NCBI GenBank assembly: GCA_963666345.1
Contig: OY762721.1
Location: 1,568,001 to 1,632,000 of the forward strand
DNA length: 64,000 nucleotides
Direction: 5' to 3'
From: Desulfatiglandales bacterium
Lineage (GTDB): Bacteria; Desulfobacterota; DSM-4660; Desulfatiglandales; Desulfatiglandaceae
The position numbers and the translations under genes are program-made. Of the stretch, positions 1 to 8,595 are shown piece by piece. The notes below the pieces were generated by a model, which saw only the letters and a list, made by a program, of their open reading frames with translations, made no database searches and was not told where the DNA came from. Position 1 is the stretch's first letter. Each line of letters starts with the position of its first letter.

Positions 1-136
1 AAAAGATCAGCAGGGCTGCCTGTCCGCAAGCCGTCTATTCATATCTCCGCAATTACGGTTAAAAAAGAAGGATTCGAGGAGTCAGGGTTTCGCAGGTTCG
101 AGCAAAACGCTTAAAAAGTTATAAAGAGGTGTCGTA

Positions 137-928
137 TTGGAAAACAGGGACGCGATAAAGAGGCTGTGGTTCAAGGCATTGCTGGAAGCAAACAAAGAAA
201 CCAGGCCCATGGACTCCCTTTCTTCCGCCTTCGGAGATCTCACCATGGAAGAGGCCTACGAAGTCCAGGACATGTCGGTTAAGGAGAGGCTAAAGAAGGG
301 CGAACGCGTGATCGGCTGGAAAGTCGGTGCAACCAGTCGGGCCGTCATGGACCAGCTTAAGATAAATGAGCCGATCCTCGGCTGCATGACCAGCCGATCG
401 GAGTATTCTTTTCTAAACGAGGTCAAGGCCTCTCATTTTTGCAGTCCTGCCGTGGAGGGCGAAATCGCCTTTGTCATGGGGAAACCGCTGAAAGGCCCGG
501 GGATCACGAGAAAGGACGTGATTCGAGCTGCCGAAGGCATCATGGGGGCCGTGGAACTTGTTGACTGCAGGGTCACGGACTGGCAGTCGACAACCACGGA
601 AGCCATTGCAGACAACGCCCTGCATGGCGGGATCATGCTGGGGCCTTTTATGAGGCCCATCTCCGGCCTGGATCTGATCCATGAAGGGGTTGTGATGCAT
701 CGAAACGGTCATCTGCTGGCGAGCGCCTGCGGTGTCGAGGCCCTCGGGGATCCCTTGAACGTCGTGGTGTGGCTCGCCAATAAGCTCGGGGAATCGGGAA
801 AGGAACTGGATGCCGGGGCAGTCGTTTCCACCGGCTCACTCACCAGATTCTTCTTTGTCAATCCTGGTGACGTGATCGATGTATGCTTCACCAACCTGGG
901 GCGAATCCACTTCTCAATAGGGGAATAG
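137..928 (+). CDS. 2-keto-4-pentenoate hydratase / fumarylacetoacetate-hydrolase family protein
   Basis: GWKVGATS, EGEIAF, ELVDCR, IADNA, STGSLT motifs typical of MhpD/HpcG; SD AAGAGG before the TTG start. Confidence 0.85.
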   Translation: MENRDAIKRLWFKALLEANKETRPMDSLSSAFGDLTMEEAYEVQDMSVKERLKKGERVIGWKVGATSRAVMDQLKINEPILGCMTSRSEYSFLNEVKASHFCSPAVEGEIAFVMGKPLKGPGITRKDVIRAAEGIMGAVELVDCRVTDWQSTTTEAIADNALHGGIMLGPFMRPISGLDLIHEGVVMHRNGHLLASACGVEALGDPLNVVVWLANKLGESGKELDAGAVVSTGSLTRFFFVNPGDVIDVCFTNLGRIHFSIGE

Positions 929-1261
929 TAGAGTGGGACAAGGAGAGCGCCGATGATTTTATGCCCCTCTTCTGAAGGAAACAAGAAACCATCATGATAT
1001 TGAAGGGCCGCTTTTCCTAGAGTCCACCTAAACAGATCTTTTCAGCTATTATTTGAAATCCGATATTGTCTCAGAAGGACATGGCGGTTCAGGCTGTTCA
1101 AGACTATTTTTCATTACGCTGAATAAAAGTCGCCCTTTAACGAGAACTATACGAGAATGGAACAGATCCTGATTTACAAATTTCAGCCTGTAGAGGTGTC
1201 TTTTACCCGGATATACGATAATGTTTAAGAAAAACTGATGCAAAAAATAAAGGAGTGATTA

Positions 1262-1732
1262 ATGGCGATACAGGAAGGAAAGGCTTCACCCGCGTTCACC
1301 CTGCCTGATCAGGACGGAAACATGGTGAGCCTTAAGGACTTCAGAGGTAAAAACCTGATCCTCTACTTCTATCCCAAAGACAACACATCCGGGTGAACCA
1401 AGGAGGCCCGGGGATTCCGTGAACTTTTGGGCGAATTCCAGAAAAAAGATATTGCAATCGTAGGCGTTTCACCTGACAGCCGGGCGTCGCATCAGGGATT
1501 CATAGAAAAAAACGACCTGCCATTCACGCTTCTAAGCGACCCGGACAAAAAGGTAATGGCAAAATACGGTGCCTTTGGTGAGAAAAAGATGTACGGCAAA
1601 ATCGTTCAGGGTGTGATCCGCTCCACCGTGTGGATCGGGCCTGACGGAAAGGTTAAAAAGCACTGGCCTAAAGTGGCCAAAGCGGCCGATCACCCGCAAA
1701 AGGTTCTTGAGGCGGTACAAACCGGAGGTTGA
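1262..1732 (+). CDS. bcp: BCP/PrxQ peroxiredoxin with selenocysteine (UGA at 1394-1396), 156 aa
   Basis: SD AAGGAG then ATG 1262; reads MAIQEGKASPAFTLPDQDG...YFYPKDNTSG-UGA-TKEA and continues in frame into ORF 1427-1732 (GVSPD, LLSD, RSTVWI); the UGA sits exactly at the peroxidatic Cys of PxxxTxxC. Confidence 0.88.
1406..1432 (+). promoter_or_regulatory. Candidate bacterial SECIS hairpin
   Basis: GCCCGGGG-A-TTC-CGT-GAA-C-TTTTGGGC can fold with G-U pairs; G-containing apical loop about 21 nt after the UGA; folded by eye only. Confidence 0.55.
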
Positions 1733-1847
1733 AGCAGGTCTCACAGAGACCGCTGAGCACGCAGAGATAATTTTGTGAAGAGTGAGTTAGCAGAACGATT
1801 TGACTATTCCACCATCAGGCGAATTACAATACAAAAGGAGGTAAGAT

Positions 1848-2384
1848 ATGCTGCGAACGATCAAGGCTTTCTTTCTCATTGGTGCTCTTATAACCTTTTC
1901 CCTGAGCCCCGCTCTTGCAGGGAGCAGTGAAGACCTGAAAAAGGCGGACAAGCTCAGATGCGAGGGTGATCACAAGGAGGCGATCGAGCTCTGTACAAAG
2001 ATAATAAAGACGGAAAAGGAAGATAAAATGGTCCTTCGAAAGGCCTATATGCAGAGGGCCTTTAATTACGGACGGCTCAAAAAATATGACAAGGCGATAG
2101 CCGACATGGACATGGTGGTTGAGTTGAAGCCTGACCGATCGTCGAGCTATTCGGCGCGCGCTCGCACCTACAGGCAGTCGGGTGATATAGACAGGGCCAT
2201 AGAAGATTTTGACCGCTCCCTTGAACTCAGGGAAAAGGCAGGGGTATTCGAGGATCGGGGGGACTGCCACGCGCAGAAGGGGGACAGGAAAAAGGCCATA
2301 TCCGACTATGAAAGGGCCCGTGAGCTGACTGTCCTTAAAAGCTCCAAGGAAAGAATGCAGGAAAAGATCGACGCTCTGAGATAA
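1848..2384 (+). CDS. Secreted tetratricopeptide-repeat protein
   Basis: Signal peptide ending ALA; AYxxRA...KAIAD TPR repeats; SD AGGAGG. Confidence 0.85.
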   Translation: MLRTIKAFFLIGALITFSLSPALAGSSEDLKKADKLRCEGDHKEAIELCTKIIKTEKEDKMVLRKAYMQRAFNYGRLKKYDKAIADMDMVVELKPDRSSSYSARARTYRQSGDIDRAIEDFDRSLELREKAGVFEDRGDCHAQKGDRKKAISDYERARELTVLKSSKERMQEKIDALR

Positions 2385-2563
2385 AACCGGGTCCTTTTTT
2401 CCTTGTTCAAGTTTTCAGACAAGGGTTATAGTTGTGTAAAAAGGGTTCAGGGATTCCAGTTATCTATGGTTCAAACAGTTGATGTTTAATGATGTTTTCC
2501 TGAAAGCTGACGGCGTGAGTCCAAATATTGATATGGACTAATACTAAATTAGAGGGGTCGAAC

Positions 2564-2884
2564 ATGAGAAAGCTTGAGAGTTTTCAGAAGAAACATCTGA
2601 GAGGGATTGCCCACGGCATTAAACCGCTGGTATTTATCGGCCAGAAGGGCCTGACACCTGAAGTCCTGTCTTCTGCGGAAAATGCCATTGAAAGCCATGA
2701 ACTCATCAAAGTAAAATTCAATGATTTCAAGGAAAAGGAAGAAAAAGAGGAGATTGCCGCCCGCATTGAAAAGGAGACAGGCGCCGAGAATGTGGGAATG
2801 ATCGGACACACGGTCATCTTCTACAGGCAGCAGGAAGACCCGGAAAAACGCAGGATCGCCCTGCCTGAGCGGAATAAGGGGTGA
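2564..2884 (+). CDS. yhbY: YhbY (CRM domain) RNA-binding protein
   Basis: QKKHLRGIAH, IGQKG, HELIKVK, IGHTVIFYR; ATG 2564 follows GAGGGG. Confidence 0.9.
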   Translation: MRKLESFQKKHLRGIAHGIKPLVFIGQKGLTPEVLSSAENAIESHELIKVKFNDFKEKEEKEEIAARIEKETGAENVGMIGHTVIFYRQQEDPEKRRIALPERNKG

Positions 2885-2912
2885 GACCCGGAAAGATCAA
2901 AGGAGGAAAATC

Positions 2913-4112
2913 ATGGCACGAAAGGCACACCCTGATGGAAGACCGCTTCTGTGTTACTCGCGCCCCTCTTGTTCAACCGGCGGCAGGCAAAAGGCCCCTA
3001 AGGTTTCATGTTTTTCTGGTTTTTTCGTCCCTGTTTTCTTTCTCTTTTTTTCATACACATTCTGCCCGCAGGCATCTGCAGATGATCAGGCGCGCGTCAT
3101 GCCCGATTACCTTTCCCCTCAGGATATCATGGGCGCCTCGGTCTATAAAAAGGCCGTGTCCTCAGTGGTGACTATATTCACCTCACATGACGTAATGAAT
3201 GAGGGAGTGAGCGCAAAAAAAAGCGGTATCGGAAGCGGAGTAATTATTTCACCTGAGTGCCACGTGCTTACGGCCGCCCATGTGGTCAGGGGCGCAGGCG
3301 AGATAACCGTAAAGACGCAGGACGGCAGGATGCGATCGGCGGAACTGCTTTTCAGCGAAACAGGCGCCGACATCGCCCTTATAAAACTCATCACGCCGGA
3401 GCCGGGACTGTCTCATGCCGAGCTGGGAGATTCCGACAATCTTGTAGTGGGCCAGTCCGTCTATGCCATAGGAAGCCCGTATGGACTTGAAAACTCCTTT
3501 TCAGTGGGAAATATCAGCGCGTTTCGCACCTTTGAGCGCTATTACGACGGCGCGATTCAGGCAAAGTTCATCCAGACAGATGCCGCGATCAACATGGGAA
3601 ACAGCGGCGGTCCCCTTTTGAACTCAAAGGCACAGGTCATCGGTATAGCCTCCCAGATCATAAGTGTTTCAGGTGGTTTCCAGGGGATCGGATTTGTTGT
3701 GCCGATAAACACTGCCAGGGAGCTACTGTCTCTCAAGGACCGGGTCTGGCTTGGCATCGAAGGCATCTATCTAAACCGGGAGGGGATCGCCAATCTGATG
3801 AACCGGAATCTTAAAGGCGGACTTCTAATCGAACGGGTTGCAAAGGGGAGTCCAGCGGACAAGGCGGGCCTAAAGGGCGGTTCTGTCCCGTCACGGATGC
3901 TGGGCCGGGATTTTGTGCTGGGAGGAGACCTGATTCTTGAGTTCGGCACCAGGGACGCCTGCTCCAGCGAGTGCCTGGCGGATCCCGACAAGCTGTTTTC
4001 CGAAACAGACAAGTTTCCGGTGAAATTCCTGCGCGCAGGCAGGATCATGGAGGCAACCATCGATCTTTCAGGCAGCAGACAGAATTTTCTTGAGGGAATC
4101 GGTAGTCAGTAA
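2913..4112 (+). CDS. HtrA/DegP-like trypsin serine protease with PDZ domain
   Basis: LTAAHV, ADIAL, IQTDAAINMGNSGGPL catalytic motifs; GSPADKAGL PDZ; start uncertain. Confidence 0.9.
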   Translation: MARKAHPDGRPLLCYSRPSCSTGGRQKAPKVSCFSGFFVPVFFLFFSYTFCPQASADDQARVMPDYLSPQDIMGASVYKKAVSSVVTIFTSHDVMNEGVSAKKSGIGSGVIISPECHVLTAAHVVRGAGEITVKTQDGRMRSAELLFSETGADIALIKLITPEPGLSHAELGDSDNLVVGQSVYAIGSPYGLENSFSVGNISAFRTFERYYDGAIQAKFIQTDAAINMGNSGGPLLNSKAQVIGIASQIISVSGGFQGIGFVVPINTARELLSLKDRVWLGIEGIYLNREGIANLMNRNLKGGLLIERVAKGSPADKAGLKGGSVPSRMLGRDFVLGGDLILEFGTRDACSSECLADPDKLFSETDKFPVKFLRAGRIMEATIDLSGSRQNFLEGIGSQ

Positions 4113-4781
4113 AAAGGCCTGACCCTCAGGGCCAAAGAGGGCCTGTTGGGATTTCACCATCCTGTGTCTTTTAAGTGCCCCACCATCTCCGAAAACGAAC
4201 ACCAGGATGACTGTTTCCCCCTGCCGCGCCCTGAATACCGTCATCGCACGGGCCCGGGGAGCGATCAGGCGACGCCAGCCTGAAAATTAGCCGACTGCCA
4301 TTTCTGCTCCTCCTTTTCCTTCAAACCGATCAGCTTCGCATATTAAGAACCGGCACGTCCGGCAGGGTTTATTCAAACAGGAAGAGGTTTGAGAGACAAC
4401 AGGCGCTTTTCCATCCGGAGATCGAGGAACAGCCCTGTTTTTCATTAGAGGACTCGACTTAAAACGGAATGGGGATCTTACTGATCAACAGGTTTGCTCT
4501 TTATTTTTCTTTGTATTCTATCAAAATCTCGATTAAAAAACTACTTGAGGCCCCGGGGTCTTGATTTGTTAATTTAGGTACAAGATGATTTAAATCGATT
4601 TTGACGCATACCGGACTCTCCCGCCCTTAAAACAGGGTACCCCCGGGCATGGACGTAAACAGAAGCAGGTGCGGCAACCTGTCGATAAGCAGGCTGCAGA
4701 GCGCCTTTGACAGACAAACGGAACCTCAGTCGGGGAACCTATACTCAGGCCCTGCCTGATCTTTCCAAGGCAAGGAAAGAC

Positions 4782-6065
4782 ATGGAATCAAACCGGAAAC
4801 CGCAACTGCGAACGGCCTGGTTTATATGGGGGCTGGGAGCGTTGTTCTACCTGATAGGCTTTTTTCAGCGGGTGGCCCCCGCGGTTATCACCGATGAACT
4901 GATGAGGGACCTGAACCTGAACGCCACGGCCCTTGGGAACCTCTCAGCATTCTATTTCTACAGCTACGTCGCCATGCAGATCCCCACTGGCCTCATGGCC
5001 GATGCCTTCGGGCCGCGTCGCCTTCTCACAGGCGGATCATTTCTTGCAGCCGCAGGAGCGGTCATTTTTGCACTCTCACCCGGTATCCTGCTGGCAGGCC
5101 TCGGACGGCTGCTTATTGGAGGCTCTGTTGCAGTGGCATTTGTTGGCCTTCTAAAGATATCCAACAACTGGTTTCCTCCCAGGTACTTCGGCGCTTTGAC
5201 CGGAATGGCACTTTTTTTCGGGATCGTGGGAGCGGTCTGTGCAGGCCCTCCCTTAAGGGCCATGGCGGACCTTTGCAGCTGGCGCATAGTCATCCTCGTA
5301 ACGGCTGCCGTCACCTTTATCCTGTGCGCATGCATATGGATATTTGTAAGGGACGATCCGCGCGAAAAGGAACACAGTGAGCCCTCAGGCCCGAAAGAGG
5401 CAGTTTCGGAAAAAAGGTGCGTGAAGATGCTCTCAGGTGTGCTCGAGGTGTTAAGGTATCGAAACACGATCCTGCTTTTCCTTATTCCGGGAGGCATTGT
5501 AGGCTGTGTGCTCACATTTTCCGGGCTCTGGGGAGTGCCCTTTCTTACGACCCACTACGGGCTTTCCACTGCCAGGGCATCTGCCATGAACACTTCTCTT
5601 CTTGTTGCCTGGGCCCTGGGAGGGCCGATCTTTGGGTGGCTTTCCGACCGCACAGGCCGGCGTAAAGTGATCTACATATTCGGATTCGGCATAGCGCTCA
5701 TCTGCTGGTTTATCATCCTCTTCTCGGCAAGGCTCCCCCTGCCCCTTCTCACGATCATAATGTTGACCGGAGGCTTTTTCTCAGGATGCATGATCATAAG
5801 TTTCGCCTATGCAAAGGAGTCGGTGCCGCTTCACCTGGCAGGCACTGTTTCAGGGGTTATCAACATGGGTATCATGATGGGGCCGATGGTGCTTCAGCCA
5901 GCAGTCGGATGGGTCCTGGACCGGAACTGGTCGGGGCAGATTGATCAGGGGATACGCAGCTACAGCCTCTCCGCATACCAGTCCGGTTTCATGCTTATGA
6001 TCGGATGGGCCGCTATTTCATTCCTTCTCCTGTTTTTTACAAGGGATACCAGGGCGCGGCAGTAG
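4782..6065 (+). CDS. MFS transporter
   Basis: About 12 hydrophobic helices, motif A (GLMADAFGPRR; GWLSDRTGRR); ATG 4782 after AAGGAAAG. Confidence 0.9.
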   Translation: MESNRKPQLRTAWFIWGLGALFYLIGFFQRVAPAVITDELMRDLNLNATALGNLSAFYFYSYVAMQIPTGLMADAFGPRRLLTGGSFLAAAGAVIFALSPGILLAGLGRLLIGGSVAVAFVGLLKISNNWFPPRYFGALTGMALFFGIVGAVCAGPPLRAMADLCSWRIVILVTAAVTFILCACIWIFVRDDPREKEHSEPSGPKEAVSEKRCVKMLSGVLEVLRYRNTILLFLIPGGIVGCVLTFSGLWGVPFLTTHYGLSTARASAMNTSLLVAWALGGPIFGWLSDRTGRRKVIYIFGFGIALICWFIILFSARLPLPLLTIIMLTGGFFSGCMIISFAYAKESVPLHLAGTVSGVINMGIMMGPMVLQPAVGWVLDRNWSGQIDQGIRSYSLSAYQSGFMLMIGWAAISFLLLFFTRDTRARQ

Positions 6066-6243
6066 TCTCCCCTCTTTGCTGTTAGGCCCGACATCGGGCA
6101 GCCCCATCTTTTATCCCCCCGGGGTGACAAAGCGGGATAAAATGTTTATTATTAATGACATGTAACGATAATCCAGCCTGATCTACAGTTCATCCACGGT
6201 ATTGTTTTTTTTCAGGACCAAAGCAAACAGGGAGAATTACATT

Positions 6244-6591
6244 ATGAAAAAAGTAAAGAGCAAGGGAGCCGTGCCGGCTGCCCTCCTTTCAGTGGTTATT
6301 ATGGCAATCTTCTTTTTCATTTTAAGTGCAGGGAATTCTTCGGCAAGGCCGTTTCGCATGGGTAAGATCCCTGACCCAAAGCTTGGATGCGGTGTGTGTC
6401 ACCTGAACCCTGGCGGTGGAGGCTCACGTAATGACTTCGGAAAGGATTACGCCAAAATAGGCATAAAGGCAGGGGAAAGATACACCGATGAACTGGCCGC
6501 AAAAGACTCGGACGGGGACGGATACACAAACGCGCAGGAATTTGAGGCAGGCACAAATCCGGGAGACAAAAATTCAAAGCCTGCCCAATAA
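6244..6591 (+). CDS. Small exported monoheme c-type cytochrome with a Ca-binding DxDxDG repeat
   Basis: Signal peptide, CGVCH heme motif, DSDGDGYTNAQEFEAGTNP (bacterial TSP3-like). Confidence 0.75.
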   Translation: MKKVKSKGAVPAALLSVVIMAIFFFILSAGNSSARPFRMGKIPDPKLGCGVCHLNPGGGGSRNDFGKDYAKIGIKAGERYTDELAAKDSDGDGYTNAQEFEAGTNPGDKNSKPAQ

Positions 6592-6598
6592 GCGCCCC

Positions 6599-7879
6599 AT
6601 GAAAAGGACCCTCATCCTTGTCCTTATGGCACTATGCGTGGGTACTGCAGCCGCCTTCTGGCTTAAAACCCAGGCAGGCGGCCTGCCCTGGCAGGTCTAT
6701 ATTCATGAGACAGGACGGTTTCTTGCCCTTTCAGGCTTCGTCCTCCTTTTGTTTCAGTATATTTTTTCATCAAGGCTCAAATTCATTGAAAGAGGAACAG
6801 GGCTCGACTGGATGCTTGGCATCCACAAACCGCTTGGGTTAATAACACTTTCCGCTGTGACCCTCCACCCCCTGCTTATTTTCATCTCTGAAAGGCTTCA
6901 GGGCTATTCCACTCCTTTCGGGTTCTTGAAGCTCGTGGGACTGACCTCTCTCCTTTTACTCTGGGTGACCGCCGGCTCGGCCATGCTCTTTTCCAGGGTC
7001 AGGATGCGTTACGAATCCTGGCTCGGAATTCACCGGATAGGCTATCTCATCCTGCCACTTGCTTTCTTTCACAGCTTCTTTATGGGAACTGCGCTTAGGC
7101 AAGGTTTTCTAAGGGCTTTTTGGCTGACTCTGTTCCTTTGCTTTGCAGCCATCCTTGCAGCCAGGATCAAAAGGCACTACTTCTTAAAAAGAAACCCCCT
7201 CAAGGTAAGCGCAATCAGGCAGGTAACGCATGACTCATGGTCCATTGATCTTAAAGGGGATCACGCAGGCTACCTTCCGGGGCAATTCATGTTTTTGAAA
7301 CTCAAGACAAAAGGCCTTTTATCTGATTCTCACCCTTTTACAATTTCATCAAGCCCCACAAATAAAGATCTTTCAATCTTGGCAAAATCAGTTGGAGATT
7401 TTACATCAACGCTCTCCCAAACCGAGCCGTCCGATCAGGCCTATGCTGATATGCCTTACGGCTTATTCAGCTTCCTGAACCATGATGCGGATCGTTATGT
7501 CTTTATCGCAGGCGGTATCGGCATCACCCCGTTTCTAAGCATGCTCAGGTTCATGAGAGACAAAAAGATCCGCAAGGAGGTCATCCTGCTATGGGCAAAC
7601 AGGCATGAAAGGGATATTGCCTTCAGGCCGGAACTTGAAAAGATGACCTCTGAAATCTCCTCTTTTAAACCAGTGTATGTCCTTTCAAGACAGGCTGACT
7701 GGGCCGGAGAAAAGGGCCGCTTAGATATGGAAAAGCTCATGAGGCATGTGGGAGATTTTAAAGAAGGTGAGTTTTTTATCTGTGGTCCTCCGAAGATGAT
7801 GAGCGATCTTGAAAGGCTTCTTCGAACCCTGGGTGTCACAAAAGGGCGCATCCATACTGAGCGCTTTAATCTCCGTTAA
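6599..7879 (+). CDS. Ferric reductase-like transmembrane flavocytochrome (prokaryotic NOX/FRE-like)
   Basis: TM domain with two His pairs (IHKP...LHP; IHRI...FHS), HPFTIS FAD motif, AGGIGITPF and CGP NAD(P)H motifs. Confidence 0.88.
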   Translation: MKRTLILVLMALCVGTAAAFWLKTQAGGLPWQVYIHETGRFLALSGFVLLLFQYIFSSRLKFIERGTGLDWMLGIHKPLGLITLSAVTLHPLLIFISERLQGYSTPFGFLKLVGLTSLLLLWVTAGSAMLFSRVRMRYESWLGIHRIGYLILPLAFFHSFFMGTALRQGFLRAFWLTLFLCFAAILAARIKRHYFLKRNPLKVSAIRQVTHDSWSIDLKGDHAGYLPGQFMFLKLKTKGLLSDSHPFTISSSPTNKDLSILAKSVGDFTSTLSQTEPSDQAYADMPYGLFSFLNHDADRYVFIAGGIGITPFLSMLRFMRDKKIRKEVILLWANRHERDIAFRPELEKMTSEISSFKPVYVLSRQADWAGEKGRLDMEKLMRHVGDFKEGEFFICGPPKMMSDLERLLRTLGVTKGRIHTERFNLR

Positions 7880-7903
7880 AAAGCGGCATTAAACGCTGCT
7901 TTT
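7879..7903 (+). terminator. Rho-independent terminator
   Basis: AAAAGCGGC-loop-GCTGCTTTT directly after the stop codon. Confidence 0.6.
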
Positions 7904-8117
7904 GAGACTTTCATTTTGTCTTTACCAAGCTGTGTTTGCGCAAAATCCCGTATTCTCCGAAAACCAGAACCGGGACGGCTGTTACATGATGAAACGCCCT
8001 GAAACCTGCCTCAGGATGGATCAAGGATCTGCCTCTTTTCCAGTTGATCGAAATGTTTCCTTATACTTTCACTGTTATTATATCAAATTGTTGCAGAAAA
8101 GACTTTTCATGACGGTA

Positions 8118-8360
8118 TCAGGTCTTTTCCCGCTTCTTTACTGCAGGCCCTCTCTTGGGGATCATAAAGGTCATGGCCGCGCCGATCAGTCCGGTCAGGC
8201 CTATGATGAGGTATACAGGCGGGTATCCGCCTGTCAGGTCGTGCAGGGCACCCGCTACATATGGGCTGACAGCTCCGAACATGAGCCCCAGGGTCATAAG
8301 GACTCCGAAAAGCCTGTTCTCCTCAAATCCGGGGCACGACAAAAAGAGGTCGATATTCAC
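8118..8360 (-). pseudogene. C-terminal fragment of an MFS transporter
   Basis: GAVSPYVAGALHDLTGGY plus a last TM helix resemble MFS TM11-12; no N-terminal part. Confidence 0.6.
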
Positions 8361-8595
8361 CCGCTTTCTGGTTGGTACTCATACATGGAAACAGATGCCG
8401 CCTGCAGCAGATATCAATTCGTCTTTCCGCTCCTGTTTGATCTGATGTTGCAACGAATGAACATGAAAAGATGACCTTGACCCTCCTGCTGGATTTCATT
8501 AAATTGATGGGCAGCCTTTACGAGGCTGTTTACCGACAAAATTTCTTACGCCTTTGTTCCGGCAAATTTATTATAAGCATCCTACAGGGAAAAAT

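Noticed and set aside
7902..8474. 190-aa plus-strand ORF
   Set aside because: No SD or motifs; it overlaps the better-supported minus-strand MFS fragment.
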